From contig NGBS01000040.1 in NCBI GenBank assembly GCA_002245135.1, forward strand, positions 1 to 56,883: DNA of 56,883 bases. The letters run 5' to 3'. The first letter of the stretch is position 1. The number at the start of each line of letters is the position of its first letter. Made by a program: the position numbers and the translations under genes. The DNA is from Proteromonas lacertae. Taxonomy: Eukaryota. A model generated the notes under the pieces. That model was not told the DNA's origin and made no database searches. It saw nothing but the letters and a program-made list of their open reading frames with translations. Positions 39,821 to 51,434 of the stretch are shown here, in pieces.

Positions 39821-42213
39821 CAGTCAAACCTGTATAACTCAAACCCCTTCATTTTCAAGAAACGGACAAAAATTCGAGTTATATTTTTTGCTTCTTGTTT
39901 ATTTGAAAAATGAGTTATAATCAAATAAAATGTTGAAACAAAATGATAATAATTTACTATTTTATACATTTGAATAAATATACTAAATACACTAAAAATA
40001 ATTGATATACAAAGAGATTTTATAAGTGTTTTAAAGATTATTCGAAGATGTTGTTAATCTTGCTTTTTTTAGTTTTATTTATTTCATTAGACATATTATC
40101 AATTCTTCTTTTGGTTTTGCAGGTTGCATTATTTGAATCTTCTTTACTATTTTCTTGAATTATATTATCAACAACTTCTACTTTAAAACCATCTTCATTT
40201 TCAAAGCTATAAAATGGGTACAACTCACTTATAGATTTTGTACTAAAAAGAGAAGTTGCATTTATAAATGAATTTGTATTTCCATCTTCTATAATAATAT
40301 CATTTACTTTACCAATTATTTGGCTTAATTCGCATTGACTTTCTTCATCATCATCAACATTCATATTACAATTTTCTGATTGTAATATGGAATTTAATTC
40401 TTTTATTTGTTCTTCAGATGGTAATGAAGATTTCAACCAACATTTAATAACTGTTGTTTTTTTAAGACCAAAAAATACTTTGGTAGAATAATACATAGCA
40501 TCTGCTATATTCGGTTGCTTACATAAAGCTATACCACCTTTTCCTTTGCTGTTTTCAATTTGAATATTCTTTATTAATTCAAAGTTTTCAATATTTTCTA
40601 CACATTTCTTTAAAATTTCAGTTTTATAATTACTTTTTATTTTGTTAATAATTCCCATATCTAATGGTTGATAACGACTTGTGCAGTTAGGCGGAAGGAA
40701 AAGTAGTTGAATGTTATCATATTCTGCTCCAATTAATGATCTAGGATGAGATGCACAATTATCCATCACCAAAAGTACTTTGTTGTTTTTAATAATATCT
40801 TTGACTGAGGGAAGAAAAATATTATCCATATAGTATTTAAAAACTCTATTATCCATCCAAGCATTGGATTGATTAATGTAATTGTTAGGTTTTTCATTAA
40901 AGCATAAAGGTTTTTGTGATTTTCCAATATAAAGAATTGGTACTTTAATTGAATTATCCATATTTACTGTAATTGCGATTGAAATACGTGACTTTGCTAT
41001 TTTGAATCCTTTGAAGTTCTTCTTTTCATGGTTGTCAATTACACATTTTCTAGGCAATTGTGAGTAATATAAACCACTTTCATCCATGTTAAATATGAAC
41101 ATAGGTTTATAAGAAGAAATAATCTTACGGACATTACTAATATTAACATTTGGGCATGATGACGCTTCACCATGAAGATTTACGCTACTCAGTTTGTTAC
41201 GTTTCATTAAATTTTGAACATATGAGATATGGAACTTCTTCTCTGATAATTGATTGAGTTTGTATAATAAAATTGACTCTGTGATTGGGATGTGAGTTAT
41301 ATATATTTTTGATATTGCTGAGTTATACCAATTCAATAATTTTCTTTCCAGCTCTGGATACTTTGATTTTCTCTCTCTAAATATATTATCATCTTTATCT
41401 ATTTATAACAACTTAATGATTATTATTACCTTCAAATTTCATGATTTTATCCTTATTCATAAGCCATGTAGATATAGTTGATTGTTTTACTGAGTATTTT
41501 TGACATATTTCGTACCTTGTTATACGCTTAGCTTCTAATTGTCTAAGCAACATGGCTTTAGTGTGTAAGGGTAATTGAGTACCACTTCTTTTTTTTGAAT
41601 TGTTCAACATGTTAAGAATTTATTAAATGAAATCAATCACTTGATTAATCACTTTTTACTAAGTGATAAATTATGGATATAAAAATGATATATTATGGAT
41701 ATAAGTGATTAGATATTAATAAAGTGATGAATTATTAATCTTTATATACTCTAAGTGATTGATTCAACATAATTCATTTCAATCTATCTCAATATTAATC
41801 AAAAAATTAAATTAATCTATTTCAACTAGAAATATACAAATAAAATTAGTTAAGTCATTAAGATTAGTTAGAATTAGTAAAATCAAAATATGTTTCAAAA
41901 TAATATTCGTTTTATAGTCTCATTTTTATAGAAAATAAATCATAGCAAGAAGAATTTATGAATAGTATTTCTTGTAATGGTTTATTTATTTACTAATCTT
42001 TTGATATAGAATAAGAAAATATAGTAATTTCAAACAGAGAGACATTTAAGAAGATCATGACCCTCAGAATAATATAGATAGAATATATTATAGTAATAGT
42101 AATTTATAAAAGATTAGAACATGTAAAAATAACAAAAAAATAAAATCATATAAAATAAAATAAAAATGTAAATTATTCGAGTTATATTACTTCAAGTTAT
42201 ACAGGTTTGACTG
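39821..42213 (-). mobile_element. pogo/Tigger (Tc1/mariner superfamily) transposon, 2393 bp, apparently complete
   Basis: 19-bp perfect TIR CAGTCAAACCTGTATAACT / AGTTATACAGGTTTGACTG, with TA flanking both ends. Confidence 0.95.
40038..41610 (-). CDS. pogo/Tigger transposase (CENP-B-like HTH + DDE_1), 2 exons, ~513 aa
   Basis: A 31-nt GT-AG intron 41399-41429 joins the 65-aa ORF to the 432-aa ORF (KFE|DKDDNIFRERKSKYPELE). Catalytic motifs FNMDESG, VMDNCASH, QPLDMG (33 residues between the last two Asp). Confidence 0.9.
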
Positions 42214-42310
42214 TATTTATTGGTTGAAATAGGTTTGATTGATCAAACATAAATCATCTCAAAACCTATTTTATAGTGTCTAGAAGAAGTTTGTTTTGTG
42301 ATTATTAGAA

Positions 42311-43036
42311 ATGAAAAGAAAAGCAGAAGAAGATCTACAGAATTTATTAAAGAATCAGTTATTTGAAGTAATAACTTACAATTTTTACTCAATTTTGGCT
42401 ATACTTGTGTCTAGCGGTGTTAATGTGGATGAAATATGTAATGATAGAATAAAAATGGTTTTTGCAGATATGTATTCAACACCACTAGTATATCTGATGA
42501 GAATTCTATATCAATATTATTCTAGCGATGAACTTGTTCATATCGTTAATGATGAAGAAGTAGAATATTTAGTAAAAACATTCAAAGATATTAAAGACAG
42601 AATTATATTTTCAAGTGGTGCTTTTGATGATTTCATAAAAATTGTGGTGAATTTATTTAATTTTATTGAAGAAAATAGTTGTGATGTAGAAAGATGTAAA
42701 GAAATTATATATGATATAGATATAACATGTAGTAATATAGAAATGATGTTTGAAAATGAAAATAATAAAATAATTGGACAACAAGTAGAAGATGTAATTA
42801 AAAAGGGAGATCAAAAGGAAAAGAAAGATGAAGAAGATAGCTTCATATCAATTTTTAATAATTTATCTTCAGTAGAAGATAATGTACTAAAGTTCAGCAA
42901 CGCAGATATTTATCAATACCCAAATAAAACTATATATATACGAAGTTGCTATATAGAAACACTGTTGGATATAATTACACTGTCAAATGTTAAGAAAGTC
43001 TTTATAAATGTATATAGAAACTTTAAATTATTATAA
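42311..43036 (+). pseudogene. Crinkler/RHS-like family copy 4: different (helical) header, truncated just before Walker A
   Basis: MKRKAEEDLQ resembles KRKASEDLQ of copy 3. FISIFNNL...LKFSNADIYQYPNKTIYIRSCY matches FVKIVNSL...LEF..NVFQFPMNRIYIRDCY. Confidence 0.7.
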
Positions 43037-43054
43037 ATGTGTTGAGAGCAGCTA

Positions 43055-45756
43055 CAGAGTCATTACTTGTATTATTATATATTATCATTCTACAGATGGT
43101 TTTGTGATTCGTACTTCCATCAAAAGTGTTTAATCCAACAGAATATAGTAATATATGCACATTAATCACAAAAAAACATGTGAATAGTTATAGGAGATAA
43201 TTCAGAATTTATGAATTTCAAGCTGTTATGCAAGTATAATTATCATTGTAGTAAGTTTAATGAGTAAAATATTGAATAAAAGACTGTCATTAGTTATAAA
43301 AAAGAATATGAAATTGAGCTTGGCATGATTAATTTGAACTAACCGCTCAATCATGGTATCTTATAACAAACCCAAAACGCATAAAAAAACTGAACTGCCA
43401 TTAAAATTAATAGCAGAATTAATAAATAAACTCATCATGCGTAAGATTACTAGAAAGCAAATAATTGCTGAGTATAATGTTAGTAAATCAACTGTTTCAA
43501 ACTGGTTTAAAGATTGTCATCATATATTGAAGTTTCAAAACACCAATAAATCATTATTACGAGATAAAAAAATCAATGACCCAGAATTGGAGTGGAAGCT
43601 TTTAGATTGGTATAGAAAAGCTATAGAATTAATACCTGTTACTCATATCCCAATAACTGAATCTATATTACTAATTAAATGCAATGAATTAAGTAATAAA
43701 AAGAAAGATTACACTTTATCTTTTATTGAAAGATTCTTGAAAAGAAATAACTTAAAAACTATTACTATGCATGGTTACAACATGGATGAATCTTCGTTCT
43801 TTTATGAAAAGATTACTAATAAATGTGTATTTGAATTATCAAAAATAAAGGATATAAGAGGTTTTAAAGTAGGGAAAAAAAGAATTACCATTGCAGTTAC
43901 AGTGAATATGACTAATTCGGTGAAGATACCATTGCTTTTTATTGGAAAGTGTAAAAAGCCTCGATCTTTTACATCCATATCTTACAACTATTTTAAACAG
44001 AAGAATGGATGGATGGATTCTTCTTGTTTTCAGGATTATATTGACAAAATATTCTTGCCATCTATAGGAAATATAGATAATAAAAGAATATTGCTAATAC
44101 TAGACAATTTTAGCGGTCATGCTAGGTGCTTGCCAAAGGATATGAAATATAAAAACATTGATCTATTATATTTACCGCCAAATACCACCAGCAAACTGCA
44201 ACCATTGGATCAGGGTATTATTGCAGCTCTTAAGTCAATATATAAAAGTATAATATTAAAAAAACGTATAACTACTTTGGAAAACTACAATACAATAATT
44301 AGTGTACCTATCGAAAAACCAAGAGGAAAGCTGGGAATAGCTGTTGTTCGTAATCCTAATATTTGTGATGGAATTCTCTATATGTCTCAATCCTTTGATA
44401 GACTTAAAACATCAACAGTTATTAATTGTTGGAAAAAGTCTGGTTTACCAACAGAATCACAGTTACTAGCATTAAATTTATTACTTAATTCGCCAGTAGA
44501 TAATGATAATAATTCTTTTAGCTCATTTACAGATATGTTGGATAATGTGGAAGGACTGCACATCCTAGATGATAATAATTCATATATATCAGGACATGAT
44601 TTATATACCTGTAATGTTATTGACCTTCCTCCTTTTGTATCATTCAAACAAAAAGATACATTTAATGTACTAATTATTGATGATGAAATTCATAATGATC
44701 ATTTGAATAACAGAATATTAGATATAAAGCTAAAGAAAGGTATTAACAATTTACTTACTTTAGTAAAAGGTTATGAAGATGAAGAAAAAAGATACTCATT
44801 ATCATCTTCTCTAAACGCTTTACTCAACAAATTATAAACTATAATTATATATTGAGTATTACTGTAATTTGTGTAATGTTTGATTAATAATAACATATTA
44901 CACATAATTATATTATTGTAAAAGTTTCAACTTACGAATTAGAGAATAGTTCTTCAATCAAAATATAATCATTTAGCAGCATATACACCATATATACATT
45001 CATAGATGTTTATTTCGATATATATATTTCATTAAATGAAGTATATTATCAATTAATAAAAATCTTACAGATTGAAATCTCTCTGTCTATTGTATATGAA
45101 ATTATTTCTAAAAGTAAAGGATAATGACCTTAAAAAATAAGCAATCGGCTGTTTAGAATTTATATAAGACAAGTTGTTATCCCATAAAATTACATTAGGA
45201 TTACTATTGATGATATGTTACTTATTTTATAATCATAAAATATATTATGTAATATATTACCAATTATTACTATTATTAATTCTGTATATACACAATCTGA
45301 AGAAGTAGTTTCATTTATGAAATTGATGTAAATAACATACATAATGAAGAAGACCATTCATTAAAGTGGTGTTTTTTATAGTATTTATTATTGTGAAACA
45401 TTTATTCATTTCAAAACAACAAGAAAATAAAAAATGATGTTTCAAAAAATGATTTTCACAAACCAATTTTATTTTTTAGTTTTGAAATAGTTTAAAGAAT
45501 ATTTTAGTTTATTGTTATGCGATGTTTTTATTTGTTATTTTAGTGTATGCATGATATAGCCATTTGATTTAAATAAGTATTTTAGGCACATTAATGTAAA
45601 AAATAATCACAGTAAGAGCAGTTTATTATATATAAAACATTAAAGAAAAATAGAAATGCATTGTAGATGATAGAATTTATTCAACCCATAATAACTACAA
45701 AACGCAAAAAACAAAAAGTTCATATTACAAAAGTTGAAATTACACGGTTTTGACTG
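43055..45756 (+). mobile_element. Second pogo/Tigger element; right TIR visible, left end unclear
   Basis: ...TTACACGGTTTTGACTG|TA at 45740-45758 resembles the first element's TIR. No clean left TIR was found, so the start coordinate is approximate. Confidence 0.6.
43353..44837 (+). CDS. Second pogo/Tigger transposase, intronless, with an in-frame internal deletion
   Basis: THIPITESILL is shared with the first transposase; motifs NMDESS, ILDNFSGH, QPLDQG. The linker of ~25 aa between MHG and YNMDE, present in the first copy, is absent. Confidence 0.85.
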   Translation: MVSYNKPKTHKKTELPLKLIAELINKLIMRKITRKQIIAEYNVSKSTVSNWFKDCHHILKFQNTNKSLLRDKKINDPELEWKLLDWYRKAIELIPVTHIPITESILLIKCNELSNKKKDYTLSFIERFLKRNNLKTITMHGYNMDESSFFYEKITNKCVFELSKIKDIRGFKVGKKRITIAVTVNMTNSVKIPLLFIGKCKKPRSFTSISYNYFKQKNGWMDSSCFQDYIDKIFLPSIGNIDNKRILLILDNFSGHARCLPKDMKYKNIDLLYLPPNTTSKLQPLDQGIIAALKSIYKSIILKKRITTLENYNTIISVPIEKPRGKLGIAVVRNPNICDGILYMSQSFDRLKTSTVINCWKKSGLPTESQLLALNLLLNSPVDNDNNSFSSFTDMLDNVEGLHILDDNNSYISGHDLYTCNVIDLPPFVSFKQKDTFNVLIIDDEIHNDHLNNRILDIKLKKGINNLLTLVKGYEDEEKRYSLSSSLNALLNKL

Positions 45757-45760
45757 TATA

Positions 45761-46984
45761 TCATTTTTTATTCGAAATATAATGTATCTTTATAAAACTA
45801 ATGAAGTTAGTTTCATTTACATAAAAGAACTTGGTATAAGGTGTATTTGTTTTTGTATAATATGTATAATGTCTTAGATTCATTTCAACTGATATTTTTG
45901 CATAGAAATCCACAAAATATGATATCCCAATTTCAAATACTGTTACTCCTTCTTTACATATTATAATATTTGATAAACCTGCTCCATAAACTCCTATTAT
46001 CACATCTGCATAATAAAACATTAATAGTATTTCTTTTAGGTTTGTATTATTTTCCTTATATATATAGATTCTATGATCAGGATAAGACATTTTTATAAGA
46101 TTAACTATTTTATTAAAATTATTAAGAATTCTATTTTTCAATCTTTGAACAATTAGTATACTCTTTTCAGTTGATATTTTTAGATTGTAGTATTTATTAA
46201 ATTTATATCTTAGTAATTTGTTAAATTCATATACTAAGTATGTAGAAGGCACACCACAATAGAATGGAAATGGGATATATAAATTATCAACATATATATA
46301 GTTATTGTTCAAAATTCTATTGTTACTAAAGCCTAATATATTCAATAAGAATTTAATTTCATCTTGTCTGTAACGAGGAGGAGATATATGAATATATATA
46401 TCTTCATGGTTTAAAGCAAAGTGATAAAAAGGTACAATCCTTGTTAATGAATCAATAAGACCATGATATACTGCATCTGAATGCCATCCTCCAAAAAACA
46501 TTGCATATTTTATATGATTTATTATTTTAGTATTATTATGAGGTACGTATTTATCATAATAATGAGCATCTTTACATTGTCCTTTGAATACCGTTATTTT
46601 GCAATTCTTTATAATGTTAGATCGAGTAGAATATAGATTATGAGTTAATAGTAAAACTGGTTTTACAGAATTTCTAATATTAATTGTATAATTTCTACAT
46701 GTAGTATTAGGATAGCAAAATAATGCTAATGTATTTAATGGTATAGATGTTTGTCTTCTATATATATAGTATTTACTACTAGAAAAATTATTAGTATATT
46801 CTTTATATGTAATATAATCTATTCTATTCAGTGATGTACATTTGTTTATATTTATTATACTTATAGTATTATTTAATTTTGACCAATCACTTTCTATATA
46901 ATAATCAATATTTGAGTTAATGCATAAAATATATAATGATAAAGAAAATTGAAATATACATAAATAATAATTATAATAACTCAT
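45761..46984 (-). CDS. Glycosyltransferase family 61 (DUF563-type), type II membrane
   Basis: N-terminal hydrophobic anchor; VYHGLID, IVQRLKNRILNN, ADVIIGVYGAGLSNII, VFEI. Confidence 0.85.
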   Translation of the reverse strand: MSYYNYYLCIFQFSLSLYILCINSNIDYYIESDWSKLNNTISIININKCTSLNRIDYITYKEYTNNFSSSKYYIYRRQTSIPLNTLALFCYPNTTCRNYTINIRNSVKPVLLLTHNLYSTRSNIIKNCKITVFKGQCKDAHYYDKYVPHNNTKIINHIKYAMFFGGWHSDAVYHGLIDSLTRIVPFYHFALNHEDIYIHISPPRYRQDEIKFLLNILGFSNNRILNNNYIYVDNLYIPFPFYCGVPSTYLVYEFNKLLRYKFNKYYNLKISTEKSILIVQRLKNRILNNFNKIVNLIKMSYPDHRIYIYKENNTNLKEILLMFYYADVIIGVYGAGLSNIIICKEGVTVFEIGISYFVDFYAKISVEMNLRHYTYYTKTNTPYTKFFYVNETNFISFIKIHYISNKK

Positions 46985-47059
46985 TGCAAGATTCTTAATT
47001 CAATTTTTTTGAAAAATATAATTACTTATTTAATTAATATATAATTTATAAGACAGCAT

Positions 47060-48098
47060 ATGTTACCGTATTATATATATTTAATTTTATGTATTATTAT
47101 TGTATATTCATATAATATTTTTTATTTTATATCAAATAATGAATTTGTTTATCTTATAAACTTTCACAATTACATAACAAGAACATATTATTATTATAGA
47201 ACAGGAAATGCTTTTATAGATTTTGTTCGTTTAAGAGTATATATATAATCATAATTGTAGGGATTAGGAAATTCATTATTGCAAATAATTAGTTCATTAT
47301 TTGTATCTATTATATCAAAGAGAGGATATTTCAGTATAATACAAATATAATTGTATAGTTGTGTGGAGTGATATATTAAAATATTTTGATTTTCCTTTAC
47401 ATTTGTATAATATTTCGTTGTTAAATATTGGTATAATTAAATATCATACAAATGGATTTGAAGCTTTAATAGATAATTCAGAAATAATTGCAGCAAATAA
47501 ACATTGGTATTCAGCAGATCATATATTGCAAAATAAAAAAGCAAAAGAAATAATTAATAAATGGAAAATATTTAATAACAAACACAATAATATCAAAACT
47601 AAATTAAGATATATTAATCACATAATTACTTTGATATACTTAAAACCATCTCATAAAGTGATTTACTCCTATTTATTGCAGTATAGCAGTATTACTCCTA
47701 TTATTGCCATTCATTTAAGAATAGGAGATGCTGATAATATACCATTTACTAAATATATAAACAAAAGTGAAGTAGATTCTTTCTTAAGATATATGACTAA
47801 TAATACAAGGATTAATAATAGTGTTATTGTAGTATCAGACTCTCTGAAATTAGAAAAATTAATAAAGAATAAATTTACTAATATTACTGTAATGGAAAGT
47901 AAACCTTGTCATAGTAAAAGAAAAGATTGTATGATTCAGGCTATGGTTGATATGCTTGTATTAAAATACTCAAAAAAAGTGATATTGACAAGAGGAAGTA
48001 CATTTTCTTTATTTGGTATGTATGAAAATAAAAACTGTATGAATAATGAATCAGTTACATTTATTGGTCATGATTATGAACATAATAATTATTATTGA
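47060..48098 (+). CDS. Fucosyltransferase-like (GT11/GT23/GT37-type motifs), 3 exons
   Basis: Introns 47237-47260 and 47334-47358 give RGLGNSL...; motifs IAIHLRIGD, VVSD, AMVDMLVL...RGSTFS; N-terminal TM. Confidence 0.8.
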
Positions 48099-48183
48099 TA
48101 AATGAGACACTTTTAAGAAAATGTTATATTATAAAATATCAAGTAATTTGATATTATGATATTATAAATTGATTAGTATTTCT

Positions 48184-49173
48184 TTAAACTTTATTAAAGA
48201 AATAGTACAAAGCTGAAGAAGTAATAGGATGAATCGCAATTAAAGTAGTATTATTTATATTAAAATGTTTCTTTCTGAAATATGATAAAGGTAAATAATA
48301 ATCTAAACCAAACCATGAAATATTTTTGATATTTAAGCTTTTCATTATCTGACCATAATAGACATCTTCTGTTGGATGAATTGGTCTTACTTTTTTTGAT
48401 TCAGCTACTATATTTTTTACAAATTTCATAGAAAATATATAAAATGATCCAGAAGGATATATTAAATCTTTGAGATTAGTTTTGTATGCAATTATATCAT
48501 TATTTCTATCAATTAATACATCCAATTTTAGTGGAAATAATAATACATCAGAATTTGATCTAATAAAGAAAGAAATATGTTTAGCATAATTAATAATCCA
48601 TTTATACGATGATATCATTAATAGAGTAATATGTTTGTATGAATTAATAAAATCAAATAATAGAATGTCGTTGTACATTATAGATTCATCTACAATATAT
48701 CGAAATGGATAATCATTATCTGGTTTTGACATTATAAATAAATAAAATAGTTGTTTACTCTTCTCTGTTCTTTTTAATTTACCCCATGTGTTTCTTATTG
48801 CAATTCTTGATATTAATTCAGAAGGAGCAATTGGTATTCCAACTATTATATGTATATTATTACTTATTTTTGGATATATTAGAGTATTATAATTAATATG
48901 AAATTTTACATAGATTGTTCTATTAAAATTATGAGTTTTATAATATTGTTTGTTGAATAGAGGAGGATATAATTCTTTATTACTTTCCATGCAATTATAT
49001 ATACTCTCTTTTACAACACATTTTGAATAATTAACTGACATATTAATTAAAATATTCATGCTCTTTTGATAAACTACATGAAATGATTTATTTATTTTAT
49101 ACAAATATAAATACGATATAAATATATTAATAAAGAAAAAAACAATTGTCAAACAAATGAAAGATTTAATCAT
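48184..49173 (-). CDS. GT31 beta-1,3-galactosyl/GlcNAc-transferase-like
   Basis: RIAIRNTWG, ESIMYNDILLFDFINSYKHIT, YPSGSFYIFS, EDVYYG; N-terminal TM. Confidence 0.85.
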   Translation of the reverse strand: MIKSFICLTIVFFFINIFISYLYLYKINKSFHVVYQKSMNILINMSVNYSKCVVKESIYNCMESNKELYPPLFNKQYYKTHNFNRTIYVKFHINYNTLIYPKISNNIHIIVGIPIAPSELISRIAIRNTWGKLKRTEKSKQLFYLFIMSKPDNDYPFRYIVDESIMYNDILLFDFINSYKHITLLMISSYKWIINYAKHISFFIRSNSDVLLFPLKLDVLIDRNNDIIAYKTNLKDLIYPSGSFYIFSMKFVKNIVAESKKVRPIHPTEDVYYGQIMKSLNIKNISWFGLDYYLPLSYFRKKHFNINNTTLIAIHPITSSALYYFFNKV

Positions 49174-49182
49174 TTTTAAAAA

Positions 49183-50255
49183 ATGATAATTCTGATATTT
49201 ATATTTCTATTAATCACATTTACAGTATTATTATATATTAAAGAAAGTAAAGGAACAAAAAAAAGAATGATCATAAGCAGAATACCGAAATATGGAGGAA
49301 TGAGTAATAAAATATCTGCATTACCTGGTGCATTTCTTATATCAGTTATTTCAAAGAAAAAATACCATAGTATCTAACTTCCTTTTTAGTAATAGTTATG
49401 GGAAAAGAATTAGATGATTATTTTGTATTTACAAAAGTTGATCCATATCCTATAACAATAAATGAAAAGAATATTTCAAAGCAATATATATTATCTAGAT
49501 ATGGATATTGTATTGAGCCACTTGAATTATTGATAAATATCATTAATTCAAATTTATCTTCTATAATTATTGAAAGTATTCATGACTTAATACCAACAAT
49601 AATAAAAATTAAATCTATACATCAAGTATTAAGGAAATTAAGATTCATTAAGTGTAGTGGTGATAATGATAAATCAGATCAAATTATGGAATTAAATTAC
49701 GTAATGTATAACAAATATTTTCTATTCAAATCAAAACATGTAAGAAAAGCTTTAAAATTCATTAATGAAAATAGAAATTACTATTTAATTGGTGTGCATA
49801 TTAGGATGAGTGATTATTGTTTTAATAGATGTAAAATGAACTTTTCATTGATAGAAAAAATCAAAAAGATATATACTAATATATCTAACACAAAACGAAA
49901 TTATAAAATATTACTGTGTTCGAGTAGCAAATATATAGTAGATCTACTTAAAAGAAACAATTCTAATATAATTACATTTTTACCAAATGCAATAGTAAAA
50001 CATTCATCAAAATCAAATAACATAACTGAAGAAGATATATCAAAAATTGCAGGAGATATAATAACCGTTAGTAAATCAAATTATCTTATATTATCAGGTT
50101 TTTCAACTTATTCTCTGTTAATGCTGTATCATGGTTATTTCATTAACCATAATAAATGTATTACAAGAAAATATATGTTTTGGACAGATTATATACTATT
50201 TGATCATCTTAATTTCTTTAAAAAAAATCACAACAAATTAAGATGTAAAAACTAA
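49183..50255 (+). CDS. Second fucosyltransferase-like gene, 2 exons
   Basis: GGMSNKI, IGVHIRMSD, GDIITVS...GFSTYS. The phase-1 intron 49370-49395 sits at the same position as the paralogue's second intron. Confidence 0.75.
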
Positions 50256-51434
50256 ATTGTATATTGATTGTGATTTCAACTTAATTCTGATAATTTTTTC
50301 AAAATCACTTAAAGTGGTGGTATTTATCCATTTAATACATGAACAAATATGATAATTCATTAAAACTCTTGTATGTCTAATGTAAAAATAACTTATGTTT
50401 AAAAATTTTGTTATTGATTTTCTATATGATAAGCCTAATCTATGTTGTGATATATATATTACATTTGGAAGATTATTGATTATATATTTGTTAGTTCTCT
50501 TAATAGGTAAAACACATGATTTGCTGAATTTGAATATATTATAGTCACTATTATTATATATGTATCTATCATATATTCTACTATATCTAATCATAAACAA
50601 TCTTTGTTGTAAATAATATATATCGCTTTTAAATTTATCATAGGAATATAATTCATTTATTATACTATGAGTATTAGTAGGCCAGATTATTTCATCAATG
50701 TCATTATTTAACAATAGTTTAGAAGAAAACATCATTCTATACAAACAATCATTTTGTTTCCATAATTGACCATAAAAATAATTGGATAAATATTTCTTTT
50801 CTAAATTAAAATCACAATTGACTACTTTTAATAACCCTATTTCTTTATAATGATTTAATATTTTGTTTACTTCTTTTGAACAGGATGTATTATAAACTAT
50901 AATATGATCAACACCAAAAGCTATATAGCTTTCTAAAGTTTGTATTAACTGCACTTTTGCTTTAATATTTATAAACTGCGTCATACATAGAGTTATATTA
51001 TACCTTCCCTTTTCTCTATCATTGATATTCAACTTAACTTCGTTAATATATATTTGCTTTGGTAACTCATAATATAGTAAATCAGATTTAACCTTATTGA
51101 ATTTTACACCCCACATGACAAAGTGATTAGCTGTATTACTTGTTCCTTGAATGATATGTATATTACAATATCTATTATAGTATTTATTATATACTTTGCA
51201 TTTTATATCTTTTACATTCAATGGAATGTTATTCATATTTAAAATTATCAATATAATTTCTTTAATAATATCATTACTGTAAGCTGATGTAACCCAGACA
51301 CGAGGAGATATTTCAATGTATTTAAAATCATCTTTACTTCTTTCTTCTATTTCAAATATATAATTGTAAATTAAAAAAATCATAAAAAATGAAAACAATG
51401 AATAGTAATTAATTATTTGTTGTTTAATTCTCAT
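50238..51434 (-). CDS. Glycosyltransferase family 92 (DUF23-type)
   Basis: ITLCM, ESYIAFGVDHIIVYN, GQLWKQNDCLYR, NDIDEIIWP; N-terminal TM. Confidence 0.85.
   Translation of the reverse strand: MRIKQQIINYYSLFSFFMIFLIYNYIFEIEERSKDDFKYIEISPRVWVTSAYSNDIIKEIILIILNMNNIPLNVKDIKCKVYNKYYNRYCNIHIIQGTSNTANHFVMWGVKFNKVKSDLLYYELPKQIYINEVKLNINDREKGRYNITLCMTQFINIKAKVQLIQTLESYIAFGVDHIIVYNTSCSKEVNKILNHYKEIGLLKVVNCDFNLEKKYLSNYFYGQLWKQNDCLYRMMFSSKLLLNNDIDEIIWPTNTHSIINELYSYDKFKSDIYYLQQRLFMIRYSRIYDRYIYNNSDYNIFKFSKSCVLPIKRTNKYIINNLPNVIYISQHRLGLSYRKSITKFLNISYFYIRHTRVLMNYHICSCIKWINTTTLSDFEKIIRIKLKSQSIYNLVFTS

Noticed and set aside
261..51434. Blastocystis-type stop codons created by polyadenylation
   Set aside because: Every intact gene here has a genomic stop. 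Only loose TGTTT-rich words follow some genes, which is not enough to call the motif.
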